Assembly: GCF_006345805.1 (NCBI RefSeq)
Contig: NC_043015.1
Location: 40,114,001-40,178,000, forward strand
Reading direction: 5' to 3'
From: Octopus sinensis
Lineage: Eukaryota
DNA length: 64,000 bases
This document shows positions 36,031 to 48,253 of this stretch, one piece after another. Positions within the stretch are counted from its first letter, which is position 1. Each line of letters begins with the position of its first letter. Below the pieces are notes generated by a model. The model saw nothing but the letters and a program-made list of their open reading frames with translations. It ran no database searches and was not told where the DNA came from. A program made the position numbers and the translations under genes.

Positions 36031-36298
36031 ACTAGCACCTGTGCTGGTGGCATGTGTAAAAGGATTTGAGCGAGGTCGTTGCCAGTACCGTGAGACTGGT
36101 CCCCGTGCCGGTGGCACATAAAAAGCACCCACTACACTCTCGGAGTGGTTGGCGTTAGGAAGGGCATCCAGCTGTAGAAACTCTGCCAGATCAAGACTGG
36201 AGCCTGGTGCAGCCATCTGGTTCAACAGTCCTCAGTCAAAACCGTCGAACCCATGCTAGCATGGAAAGCGGACGTTAAACGACGACGACGATGATGAT
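36031..36298 (+). mobile_element. SINE-like repeat with V-SINE-like motif (GGTTGGCGTTAGGAAGGGCATCCAGCTGTAGAAAC) and (GAT)n tail
   Basis: Four well-matching copies: 36031, 43651(-), 47482, 52258. Confidence 0.85.
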
Positions 36299-36643
36299 AT
36301 ATATATAGAGAGAGAGAGAGAGGTTGGGTAGAAGGAGATTTGACATAAGAAATCATTTAGTTCTTAGCAACAAGCTGACTTAACATTGAAGTGACTTAAC
36401 ATTGATCTCTGGGTTTGTCAACTTTTTTTTAAGGTAAAGAAAAGCAAGTTTTCATATCTTTTGTAACTGCTATTTTAACACATGTACAAAGAAAAGAAAT
36501 TTACAATTATTTTAATCTATTACTTATAAATATCACATTTTATGTTATTTATTCTTTCATAAATCATGTTTATGGAATTCTGGTTTAAGGCACCCCCAAA
36601 TAGCTTCATTCTTTTTCTTTCCTTTTTCTTTTTATTTTTTTAG

Positions 36644-36837
36644 TCTTTTACTTGTTTCTGTCATTTGTCTGTAGCTATGCTGGTGCACTGCCTTTAGTCA
36701 AACAAATTGACCCCAGGATTTATTCTTTGGAAGCGTAGAACATATTCTATCGGTCTCTTATGCTGGACTGTTAAGTTATGGGAACGTATATACACCAAAA
36801 TTGGTTGTCAAGCAATCGTTGGCGGGGATAGACACAA

Positions 36838-36887
<50 letters not shown>

Positions 36888-37036
36888 CAGGCTTCATTCA
36901 GTTTCTGTCTACCAAATACACTTAGAAGGCTTTGATCAGCCCAAGGCTATGGTAGAAAACACTCGCCCAGTGTGTCATGCAGTGGGACTGAACCCGGAAC
37001 CATGTGGTTGGGAAGCAAGCTTCTTACCACACAGCC
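36644..37036 (-). mobile_element. SINE family B, CpG-decayed
   Basis: Full architecture on the minus strand. Confidence 0.8.
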
Positions 37037-37271
37037 CATATAACTCCATATAAATTGTTTTTATATTTTGGAATTTTCAAAAAACTTTTATGAATTTGTC
37101 TTCAACTCATGGGAATTCATATGATTATGAAAAACAAATGACAAAAAAGAATTGTGTGTGATTTAAGGGTGATTTAGCTGTTATTTTTAGCACATCTCAG
37201 AACCACCTGATACCTTCTTCGTTTCTTTCTCACATGTATTGAATGTTTATCAATATTTTTCTCCCCACTAA

Positions 37272-37415
37272 CTTCAAATTCCACTGAGGTCAACATTGTC
37301 TTTCATTCTTTCGGGGTCAATAAATTAAGTACCAGTTGCGTACTGGGGTCAAATTAATCAACTGGCCCCCGCCCCCAAAATTTCAGGCCTTGTGCCTAAA
37401 AGCAGAAAAGAATAT
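37272..37415 (+). mobile_element. SINE family A, 3' part with tail B
   Basis: TTCAAATTCC..TTTCATTCTTTCGGGGTCAATAAATTAAGTACCAG..AAATTTCAGGCCTTGTGCC. Confidence 0.8.
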
Positions 37416-37602
37416 ATTCCTCCCCATAAATACATCTAATGGAATGATGATGCACCCAAGGGTGGCATTGAAGCCAAAAATTGTGACTGTCTGTACTTTA
37501 AACCCTGATTTATAAAAAGAACAAACACAAAAAAGGGGGCAAATGAAGGTAGAAGGTGGTCATGGTTTATATTTTGGGGAATTTTCAGAAAATTTTTGCA
37601 TA

Positions 37603-37956
37603 GGCATAGGAGTGGCTGTGTGGTAAGTAGCTTGCTTGCCAACCACATGCTTCCGGGTTCAGTCCTACTGCATGGCATCTTGGGTAAATGTCTTCTACTA
37701 TAGCCTCAGACCAACCAAAGTCTTTTGAGTGGATTTGGTAGACAGAAACTGAAAGAAGCCCGTCGTATATATGTATGTGTGTGTCTGTGTTTGTTACCCC
37801 AACATCGCTTGACAACCGATGCTGGTGTGTTTACATCCCCGTAATTTAGCAGTTCGGCAAAAGAGACCGGTAGAATAAGTCCTGGGGTCGATTTGCTCAA
37901 CTAAAGGTGGTGCTCCAGCATGGCCACAGTCAAATGACTGAAACAAGTAAAGAGTA
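37603..37956 (+). mobile_element. SINE family B lacking the 22-bp internal segment
   Basis: TAGAATAAGT|CCTGGGGTCG at about 37871-37890. Confidence 0.88.
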
Positions 37957-38840
37957 AATTTGTGTTCTATGCTCAGGAATTCATAGGATTATGCAAAAGA
38001 AAAAAAAACACCCAGATTTTTTATTTTTTAAAACCCCATAAATCATAAAAGTTCCCACTTTTTAAAAAGTTTTTGATGGACCCGGTTTCCTTCTCCAATG
38101 ACAAGAGAAGTAAGCTGAATGCACCCTCTAGAAATGGCAGTCAACAAACTGTGAGATGGTCTTTAGGAAATTCCCTCCCTCTTTCTTTGCTCCATCAACA
38201 GCATAGAAAGAATATGGTTACATTTTTATTTAATCCACAGTAAGGGTTTGTAATGCTCAGAATTAATTCTGTTCCTGAAATCTCTTTTTCTTTCTATGAA
38301 GTTTGGGTTGATTTTGAGGAAGATTTAGCTGTTATTTCTTGCTGGCCAAACAACTATGTAAAAGTCACTATTCATGGTTTGTGTGGATGCCATCATTGTT
38401 AGCTTTGCTCCAGCTGGGCTATGGTCAGTAAGGCACGTGGTCCAGAATAACACATACACACTGACCACTCTGTACACATAAACACACAAGCTGTGAACGA
38501 GGGGGTGGGGGTTCACACCTGTTGTTGTTTAGCCCCAGGTCAGTACTATGATCAAGTTATGATCATCCCTTCTTGTATTTGGAGGTGACCTTCCTTGTGG
38601 TTGTTTAGTCCAAACTTAGCCCTAGTCTGATGCACCTGTGATCAGAAGTATATCTAGGAGTACATCATCTACTGTCTCCTTAAGTTTAAAGAATGTCGCA
38701 CATCTGGCCATGTGTGTGTGTGTGGTTACCTATGTATGTGTGTATGTGTCTTGCTGATTGTGTATGTACATATGTGTATATGTATTACCTGTGTGTGTGT
38801 TTGGAAGGTAGATAAGTGTTTAATATTATGATAAAAATAA

Positions 38841-39210
38841 AACAAGAGCGCTCAGAGAGAGCGCAAACCTCCGCCAAGGCAACATCAAGGTCCTCTCAAC
38901 AATTATCCAGAGATAATTTTTTAAATGAGAATATCTGAAATAAACTCGACTGCTCTCACAAACGAGAATAGTAAAAATGAATCTGACTGCTCTCAAAAAT
39001 TAAGTAAAAAAACGGGAAAATAATCCAGAATCCTTGTCCGATACCAGATCGACCCCAAAATCTAGTCACTTCATGCTAGTCTCTAGGCCAAACATCTCTG
39101 AAAGTTTCATCCGAATCCATTCTGCGGTTCTTGAGATATCTTGTCCACGGACAAACAGACAAACTCAACTAAAAACAACACCTCCGCCTTCGCTAAGGTG
39201 GAGGTAATAA
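38841..39210 (-). mobile_element. Helentron-associated (HINE/DINE-1/pearl-like) non-autonomous element
   Basis: Minus strand: TTATT + ACCTCCACC..GGCGGAGGT stem-loop, short (GTTT/GTCT) run, subterminal inverted GGCGGAGGT, 3' hairpin GCGCTC-N5-GAGCGC, T-rich end. Confidence 0.7.
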
Positions 39211-39418
39211 AGGAAATATGAATCTCCATCGGTTTCAACGATGAGCATGTACTTGTTTGATCATAAGACCTGCCTCCTCATTGAATTAGCATATAAGTGG
39301 CTGAGTACACCACCAACACTTGTACCTGTGACAAAAAATTTTCAGGTAGACTTTGTGTGACTGTACAATGAGGCTAGATTTTTATGTAGGTGTGTTTATG
39401 TATGTGTATGTAAATATA

Positions 39419-39470
<52 letters not shown>

Positions 39471-39509
39471 TCTGTATACACGTGTGTGTGTGTTTTTAAG
39501 TTTTACACC

Positions 39510-39670
39510 CTGCAGGCTTCATTAGGCTTCTACACAGTTTCTATTTCCCCAGTTTCATTCCAAAGACTTGAGTCACCTGAAGGCTCAGGTAAAGATACCT
39601 GGCCCCATGTGCCATTCTGTGGTATTGAACCCCAGCAATCCAGTGATCGCCAAGTGAACACTTTAATCAT
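39510..39670 (-). mobile_element. old family B-related SINE head (similar remnants at about 13695-13810 and 53270-53410)
   Basis: GGCTTCTACACAGTTTC..GGTATTGAACCC. Confidence 0.5.
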
Positions 39671-41067
39671 TCAACCTGTCTCCATCCACAAATTTCCCTG
39701 CCCCCACCCCTATTTTTCATAGAGATTTCGAATAATTTTCCTTTGAAGTCCCATTCTTCATGAGAGAGGAACAGGGTAGTCCTTTTTGGGTTTTTTTTCA
39801 TTTTTCATATTTTCCCTTATTTCGTACAAAAGAAATGATGACCGTAAGAAAACAATTTTTTCCCTAAAATTTCCTTCGTTCAAAAAAGGAGCTTCTATGT
39901 GGCCGCTCACCATGCTAGAAATAGCAGCCTAATTTCTTTTAAAAACAAAAACAGAAAAAAAGATACAAACTTTTATAAACATCAAGATTGATCTGTGCCT
40001 AAACTAGAGGACTACCACTAACAACAACAACAGTGACAGCAACAACGACAACATCATTGACACTTAAAATGTCACCAAAACAGTGGCCATCACCCATATC
40101 GGTTAAACCCTACTTAACCAGTCACCTTCTGTTTCTTCACAAACTTATCACAGGCAAATGTCAAATGTATTATTGTTTTTATCTTCATGTTACACCACTT
40201 GACTCGCCACCCCCACCCCCCAGGGCCCCACTCACCCACCACAACAGGCCACCACCACCATCACCCTACAAAACTGTCTGGTATCTCTCTCCAAGCCGCA
40301 AGTAGCGCACCGCACCATGGTTCCCAGCTCCTAACATGCCATTCACTGATAAACTTCCTTCTCCATAATCACCAGCTCAGGGCATACATTCACCCACATA
40401 CATGTACCTATATACACACACTCACATTCACACCCACATGTACACATACACATGCATACATGTATATATACACACACATACACATACATACACATACATA
40501 CACATACAAACACACACACACACATTCACATGCACACCCAAATATACACACATGTACACATACATATACATACATATATACACACATGTACACATACACC
40601 CTCACACACATATGCACACATACACACACTGTACAAAAAATATGGTCATGTTTTCACGATATCTGTCTACCATCTGGTAGGTTGTGAGTTCAATTCCAGG
40701 TTAGATTTTAGGTTATGGCCCTCAGCTGAGCATTAAAATTTTTACAAGTTTTTTTCTGCTAAAACAAAATGACTGAGAGAGTTCCAATATGGTGGATTGT
40801 TATCTTATCCAGGAGCGTCATGTTTCTTCTCTATAATATTACTGAAACCAGTGGTCAACATCTGTTTGCGTGTGAAGTTATCCCTGTTGTTGTTTGTCCA
40901 CTGGTCATCCGTCCCTGAGCCAGCAGACATATGATCAAAGACGTTCCGAATGTGACCATTCCATCTTTAGTCAGATATAATGATATATCTAAGACTACAT
41001 TATCTTATGTGTACTCTAAGGTTTAAGACAGTTGGATGCGACCTGAGGGAAGTGTGACTGTTATTAC

Positions 41068-41229
41068 ATCAACCCTAGTGCATAACTGGTACTTACTTAA
41101 TTGATCCCGAAAGGATGAAAGGCTAAGGCAAAATCGACCTCAGCAGAATTTGAACCCAGAACGTAACGGCAGATGAAATACCGCTAAGCATTTCACCTGG
41201 CATGCTAACAATTCTGCCAGCTCGCCGCC

Positions 41230-41231
<2 letters not shown>
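41068..41231 (-). mobile_element. SINE family A; its first ~20 nt are repeated again at 41262-41282 beyond an (AAT)n run
   Basis: TTCTGCCAGCTCGC(C/T)GCCTT occurs twice. Confidence 0.85.
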
Positions 41232-41262
<31 letters not shown>

Positions 41263-41798
41263 TTCTGCCAGCTCGCTGCCTTCTTACATAATATACATGT
41301 TGTGCCCAAGTGGAATTTGAACTCTGTACTAAAAGGGTTGGATCTAAATACTACCAGTCATTTTGTCAACTATTTCCTTGATTCTGCCAAATGATGCCAT
41401 TAACATTAAAAAAAAAACCCATCAAACTAACACTAAAATCTCTTTAAAGTCACTCCACCTGCTAGAAACTGCAGCTAAATCTCCTCCATATCACACCAAC
41501 CATTTAAAAGAAGAGGAAAAGACACATTGCAAACTGCAGTCTTAAATACTCTATATTTAGGAGGGATGGCCACTAATGAAACATTTGTTCTCATAAATCT
41601 GCTCTGTCACAAGTGACTCGGGGCTAAATAACTACAACTTGCAAAATATGTTAATTGTTACTTTCATTAATTAAAACTCTTAATTAATTTTTAATTACAT
41701 AAATTAGAGACTGTAAATAGCCTATAACTGTAATTTCTCCTTTATCAAAACACAAATCAGCTTCATGTTTTTCTTTCTTCCCCCTCACCTTTTCTCAC

Positions 41799-41883
41799 AG
41801 TCACATGACATCTCTAGTCACATGACATCTCTAGTCACATGACATCTCTAGTCACATGACATCTCTAGTCACATGATGTCTTT
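41799..41883. repeat. 17-bp minisatellite x5 (AGTCACATGACATCTCT)
   Basis: Units at 41799, 41816, 41833, 41850 and 41867. Confidence 0.95.
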
Positions 41884-42585
41884 AATCACATAACTATACA
41901 ACCTTTCCAGAAATGATATAACCTCGTTATTTTCATTAACGAGAGTAGATTTACCGATAGATATCCATTCTTAGGTTGCTGTAGGGTTGGACTTGTTGAG
42001 GAGATAATATCACTGGACTACCTGCTCGTAGGTCATGAGTTCAAACTCAACATGCATCCAATGTAAGCAGCATTGTATAACAAAACACTGGTTAGTTTTC
42101 AGTGCTCCTACTGCTTACATTAGCATATTTTACCTGAATGTACTTCTGGCTTAATAGAAGTGGGATTGTAGTAGATATTATTGTAATGGTATAGTAACCG
42201 TAGGTCTTAACAGAGCAGACCAAAGATTATAGCTGTTCCATCTATGACCATCTCATCTATTTTGTATATCCAACATTACATTATCCGATGTAGCCTGTTT
42301 TTTTTTTTAAGATAGATCTGATTTTAAACAGATTTGAGTGATATTTCTAGTAAATTGAGCTGCTACATAGAGGCTCTCTTACATATGCTTAGATGGACTT
42401 TACCTCAGAGATTCAACAGTGACCGTCGAATAGTATCACATTAAAGTCATGAAGAATGTGTGTCAAGGACACATTGGTGCATCGTCGAATACAACAATTA
42501 GCTAATGTCAGTAAGAGTGACACCATCACACTAATGACTTGGTACAGATTGATTGTAGATTGTAGATTGTAGATTGTAGAAATAA

Positions 42586-42749
42586 CTGGCTGTGTGGTAA
42601 GTAGCTTGCTTACCAACCACATGGTTCTGGGTTCAGTCTCACTGCGTGGCACCTTGGGCAAGTGTCTTCTACTGTAGCCTCAGGCCGACCAAAGCTTTGT
42701 GAGTGGATTTGGTAGACGGAAACTGAAAGAAACCCATCGTATATATGTA

Positions 42750-42796
<47 letters not shown>

Positions 42797-43120
42797 TGTG
42801 TGTGTATATGTGTGTGTGTGTGTGTATGTATATGTGTGTGTGTGTATATATGTGTGTGTATATATGTGTGTGTGTGTATATATAAATATATATGTGTGTG
42901 TGTGTGTATGTTTGTGTGTCTGTGTTTGTCCCAACCAACATCGCTTGACAACCGATGCTGGTGTGTTTATGTCCCCGTAACTTAGCGGTTCGGCAAAAAA
43001 GACCGCTAGAATAAGTACTGGGCTTACAAAGAATAAGTCCTGACGTCGATTTGCTCGACTAAAGGTGGTGCTTCAGCATGGCCGCAGTCAAATGACTGAA
43101 ACAAGTAAAAGATTAAAGAG
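42586..43120 (+). mobile_element. SINE family B with internal microsatellite
   Basis: Head, CORE-like segment, (TA)(TG)n and tail all present. Confidence 0.9.
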
Positions 43121-43650
43121 TATTCGTTATTTTTCTCAACTGCTAAACAACTCTTATAAACAACATGATTACCAAAAGTTGTCTCTATAATGTTTTTTTT
43201 TATTATCAATATATATTCCTTGTATTATTGTACTTGCAATGAAGTGACATAAAAATTCCAAACATAAATCAAAGAATACAGGATTAGCAGAAGAATTATA
43301 AACCTAATATCTTAATCCATGTGTACCAGTTCAAGTCAGGTATAGATTACCAGATTGCTGTAGTTATGTAATTATTTTTTACCTGACTATGAATACAATT
43401 AAGTGACTGAATTCCATTGAGTGTTTCTAGAGTGTCTGCCATGCTTACCAAAAGAAAATATTGAAGTCTTGAACCGTTCTGATTCATCATGAACTGTGTA
43501 TATAAGAATAAAGACAAATTTGAATGTGGAAAAACTAGCCAAAGACTATGTTGGGAAAAAAAGAAAATAGTTAATTATAACTAGCAGAACCGATGGGAAT
43601 TCCACATAGTATTTTTCTTCATTCTATTTTTCTATAGAATTTCATCGCAG

Positions 43651-43897
43651 TCATCATCATCATCGTTTAACGTCCGCTTTCCATGCTAGCATGGGTTGGA
43701 CGATTTGACTGTGGGCTGGCAAACCAGATGGCTGCACCAGGCTCCAGTCTTGATCTGGCAGAGTTTCTACAGCTGGATGTCCTTCCTAATGCCAACCACT
43801 CCGAGAGTGTAGTGGGTGCTTTTACGTGCCACCGGCACGGGGCCAGTCAGGTGGTACTGGCAACAACCTCACTCAAATGGTGTTTTTTACGTGCCAC
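43651..43897 (-). mobile_element. V-domain-like SINE
   Basis: Reverse complement of 36100-36298. Confidence 0.85.
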
Positions 43898-44277
43898 CTG
43901 CTAACCAACCACATGGTTCCGAGTTCAGTCCCACCACGTGGCACCTTGAGCAAGTGTCTTCTACTATAGCCTCAGGCCAACCAAAGCCTTGTGAGTGGAT
44001 TTGGTAGATGGAAACTGAAAGAAACCCATCGTATATATGTATATGTATATATATGTGTGTATATGTTTGTGTGTCTGTGTTTGTCCCCCCACCATCGCTT
44101 GACAAACAATGCTGGTGTGTTTACGTCCCCGTAGCTTAGCAGTTCAGCAAAAGAGACTGATAGAATAAGTAGTAGGCTTACAAAGAATAAGTCCTGGGCT
44201 CGATTTGCTCGACTAAAGGTGGTGCTCCAACATGGCCGCAGTCAAATGACTGAAACAAGTAAAAGAGTAAAAGAGTA
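43898..44277 (+). mobile_element. SINE family B, 5'-truncated, fused to the preceding element
   Basis: TGCTAACCAACCACATGGTTCC onward. Confidence 0.88.
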
Positions 44278-44495
44278 AGGCAGCATGCTGGCAGAAACGT
44301 TAGCATGCCGGGCAAAATGCTTAGACGGTATTTCATCTGTCTTTACATTCTGTGTTCAAATTCCGCCGAGGTCAACTTTGCTTTTCAACCTTTCGAGGTT
44401 GATAAATTAAGTACCAGTTCTGTACTAGGGTGAATCTAACCGACTGGCCCTCTCCCCCAAAATTTCAGGCCTTGTGCCTAGACTAGAAAAGAATA
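44278..44495 (+). mobile_element. SINE family A, tail B
   Basis: GGCAGCATGCTGGCAGAAACGTTAGCATGCC head plus core. Confidence 0.85.
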
Positions 44496-45073
44496 TAAAT
44501 GTTATATGTAATATCATATTATATGTATATTATTGTGTTATATGTAATATAGCATTATGTAATATAGCATTATATTTAATCTTGTTGTGATGTCTGACCT
44601 GGGGTGGGCCTAAAAGAAAACTGACTGTTTAATCTAATTATTTTACACTCAACACTTACGTCTTATTGTTTGTCACTTAGATAATAGAATGGTGAAAAGT
44701 GTTGCCTTGTCAGGCTATGATTAGGGTATTTGTTGGTCATAATCTGGCCCTGGCTGTAATTGATGTGAGCTTACATTAACTGAGAAAGAAAACCTTGTCA
44801 CGATTTTAGTCCACTGACTGCTCAATTGTCAGGCTATCAATAACACTGGCCACACCCTGGTGGAAAACTACCCTTTCAAGTTGATTGATAACAATATCAA
44901 TAACAGTTCAAACACCTCATTAGTTCAATAGTTTCATCATGATGTTGTTGTTGTTGTTTAGCCCCAGGTCAGTCTGGAGTTAAGCAACCACTTTTTCAGC
45001 AACGAACATTTAACAAGTTTAAGGAACATTTTTCCATTTTCCCTTCTTATTTCCTTATTTAGTATGACCACAG

Positions 45074-45412
45074 TGAAGGCGCCATGGCTCAATGGTTAGA
45101 GCGTCAAGCTTACGATCATGAGGTTGTGAGCTCAAATCCCGGACCGGGCTGCATATTGTGTTCTTGAGCAAGACACTTTATTTCACGTTGCTCCAGTTCT
45201 ACTCAGCCTTAGAAACGAGTTACGACATCACAGGTGCCAAGCTGTATCGGCCTTTGCCTTTCCCTTGGATAACACTGGTGGCGTGGAGAAGGGAGGCCGG
45301 TATGCATGGGCGACTACTGGTCTTCCATAAACAACCTTGCCTGGACTTCTGCCTCAGAAGAAAACTTTCTAGGTGCAATCCCATGGTCTGTGTCGTGACC
45401 GAAGGGGGTCTC
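45074..45412 (+). mobile_element. tRNA-derived CORE-type SINE (family C) with a perfect 13-bp TSD
   Basis: A-box TGGCTCAATGG; CORE-like TTGTGTTCTTGAGCAAGACACTTTA; TSD AGTATGACCACAG at 45061-45073 and 45413-45425. Confidence 0.9.
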
Positions 45413-46358
45413 AGTATGACCACAGCAGACACTCCTGGCTAGTTTACAGTAAATATTTAATAAGTTTGTCGTAATTTATAATTATAAGTAAATATTCCAG
45501 CAAAGATTGTTTGATAAACAGAATCCATTTATATTTAGCATTTGGAATGTAGCTTGGCCAATGAATAGACAGAATATAAATGCAAGAAGTTAAAACAACA
45601 AACAGTCTGTCAACACTTTCTTCATCTTCCATGTTGTTATGAATAATCAGAAGTAAACATTTCAATAAAGTTAGTTTAATAAATATAATTCTGTATTTGG
45701 AATGTAATTTTGGCCAATGAAAAGACTGAATGTAAATGAAAGAAAAACAACGAATGCTTTGTCAACATTTTCTTCGTCTTACATGGAAGTATTTCTTCCT
45801 AAAGAGAGAATTCACCGTACTAAGTCAACATGTGGCAGGATCTTGCGTATGTAATAGGAGTTGAAAAACTAACAATGAGCTGTGATTATCTACGCAATTA
45901 GGAAATAAAAACTTTCTCTAGGGGTGTTTAAAATCTCAAGAAAAGAAAAATAAGGAAGAAATAACTCCAGTAAGTTCAGATGATTGAAATTTTTGGAAAA
46001 TTTAGAGGATGCTGATGGAATGGATTTTTGTCTTTCAGACATGACAATTCTGCTTTTTAATCAAATGTAGTGAGTTCTATTCTGGAAAGATGTTTGGTAA
46101 TTAAAGAAATTAAGTTTTGGAATGCATCTGAAAACAAAGAATTTAAATCTTGTATCGTAAAGTGGGTCCTAAAAAAAATTATATGTTTTGATGCCTACTA
46201 TCCCTGTTTCAGAAGAATAGACACTGCCCTCCTCTTGATGACAGCTGAGTAGCTAGGAATTAATCCAAGCACTGTTCATCAAAGAAGCTGGCATTCCTCA
46301 ACTCGGTTCATGTTCTATTATGTCTGTTTATTTATTCTAAGGAAATGGTTAGCAAGAA

Positions 46359-46769
46359 GGATCTTTTTGGTTTGAACGGTAGTTTTTTCTAGCGGTGTCA
46401 TATGAAATTGTCACCCATAATTATGACCCTAGTATCAACATTTCAATCTATTTTAGGGTTAGGGTTAGGGGTGGAGGGAAGGGTATCTTTTTTTCTTCAC
46501 AAATGTAAATAAACCCAATCTGTTTCTTAAACGAGGGACATATTCATACGGCACAGAATGTTGTTTACCTCAATGGACGTCAGTGATTGGTTGAAATTGC
46601 AGAAATTGAAGAAAAAAAAACAACAAATATCTTACAAACTATAAAATTTTCTCAATAAAGCCAAGAGAAAAAGATGTTTTATAAACACATTCTACCAGTA
46701 TACGAAGTTTAGAATCTTTTAGTTACCTAGAAATTATGTTAAAAACTGCCGTTCAAACCGAAAAGATCC
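46359..46769. mobile_element. MITE with 29-bp TIRs, perfect 8-bp TSD and internal (TTAGGG)3
   Basis: TIRs GGATCTTTT(T/C)GGTTTGAACGG(T/C)AGTTTTT; TSD AGCAAGAA at 46351-46358 and 46770-46777. GG termini with an 8-bp TSD suggest Merlin or MULE; superfamily not certain. Confidence 0.9.
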
Positions 46770-47481
46770 AGCAAGAAATATCTACGTCTACGATATACAT
46801 TCAAAAGCAAAATCAGAATCCAATTGTATTTTTACAAAAATGTACCTTCCATTAAAAACAACAAGAAAACAGGTAAAGTTGGTTTAAAAAAAACAAAAAT
46901 AGCCTACTTAAAACTGGTTGACATATCTGCGTGTTTGGCTAGCTTTTAAAAATACCTAGAATCAGATGCTCACTGAAGCATATTGGCCTAGCGATTCCAG
47001 TGTGTTCTACTATTAAGCTGTATAAAGTCTTCTTTTATGTGTAGAAAAAATGCAGGTGTGGTATTTAGAAAGCAGCCGCAGCCTGTTTTGCAAGCTCTGG
47101 CAATATTTAAGCTCCACGTCCAGTGATTCGTTTACACAGAAATAGGAAAATGTCGAGATTGCATGTCATAGGTTTTGTTTCTAAAAACCAGTTTTCCAGC
47201 CGTATTTATTATTAATGTCTGATTTGAAACTAGGGATAACACCGCTTCTAGTTTATAGTGGTGAGATACCTGCGTTGCAGAATGACAAGGCTTGTTTATG
47301 GCTCCATCACTCCGTGATCAATAATGTGAGTACCAGTTACATACTGGTGTCAATTCAATGGATCGTGTAACCCTCTTAAAAATTTAAATAACATGCAAGG
47401 GAAATAACTGAAGTCGATCAGTGTCAAGAATTTGGGATGATGATGATGATGATTGAATGACATACAAAAATTTATCAATGA

Positions 47482-47708
47482 ATTGGTCGTGGCCGTTGCC
47501 AGCCTCGACTGGCACCTGTGCAGGTGGCACGTAAAAAGCACTCACTACACTCATGGAGTGGTTGGCGTTATGAAGGGCATCCAGCAGTAGAAACACTGCC
47601 AGATCAGACTGGAGCCTGGTGCAGCCTTCTGGCTTCCCAGATCCCCGGTCAAACCGTCCAACCCATGCTAGCATGGAAAACGGACGTTAAACGATAATGA
47701 TGATGATG
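47482..47708 (+). mobile_element. V-domain-like SINE
   Basis: Matches 52258-52545. Confidence 0.85.
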
Positions 47709-48028
47709 AATTGAAATTTCTCCTCCATTTAAGAAAATAAACAAAATTTAACAACTTTCAGAGAAAAAGAGACGATAATTTTAAGTGATTAAGGTTTAAT
47801 TTCACTAAATTAATTTACATCCTGGGTAGAAAATCTGATTCTTGCAGACTAGCAAGGGGCAGACAATTAGTGACATGCTTTAGTGTTATTAAACCTCATT
47901 AGTTTTAGCATAATCTACTATTGTAATCAATTGATAAAGGATTTTAAAATTTTGTATTGTAGTGATTGATATAAGAAATAGGGTATTATGAAAAATTCTT
48001 CAATAGGGCCAATAGCATGAAATTATTT

Positions 48029-48253
48029 CCTTTCAGCATTCAGATTACTCTGTCAAATATAATGATTATTTATTCTCATTGTTTTCAATAGATCATGCTT
48101 TATCTTGTAGATTCAAGATTTCAATGGTACTTTTTCATATTTTTAGAATGACATTGTAGGGTAGGTGTGAGAGGCTGGATCAGGTCAGTTTTAACATAAA
48201 ACGGGTAGAATACCTGGGCCAGATATGGCCAGATTAAATGCTAAAGAGTTTAA
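48029..48253. mobile_element. MITE-like dispersed repeat (second partial copy at about 54690-54865)
   Basis: Shared ATTGTAGGGTAGGTGTGAGAGGC..ACATAAAAC; degenerate inverted ends CCTTT(C)AGCATT / AATGCTAAAG. Confidence 0.55.
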
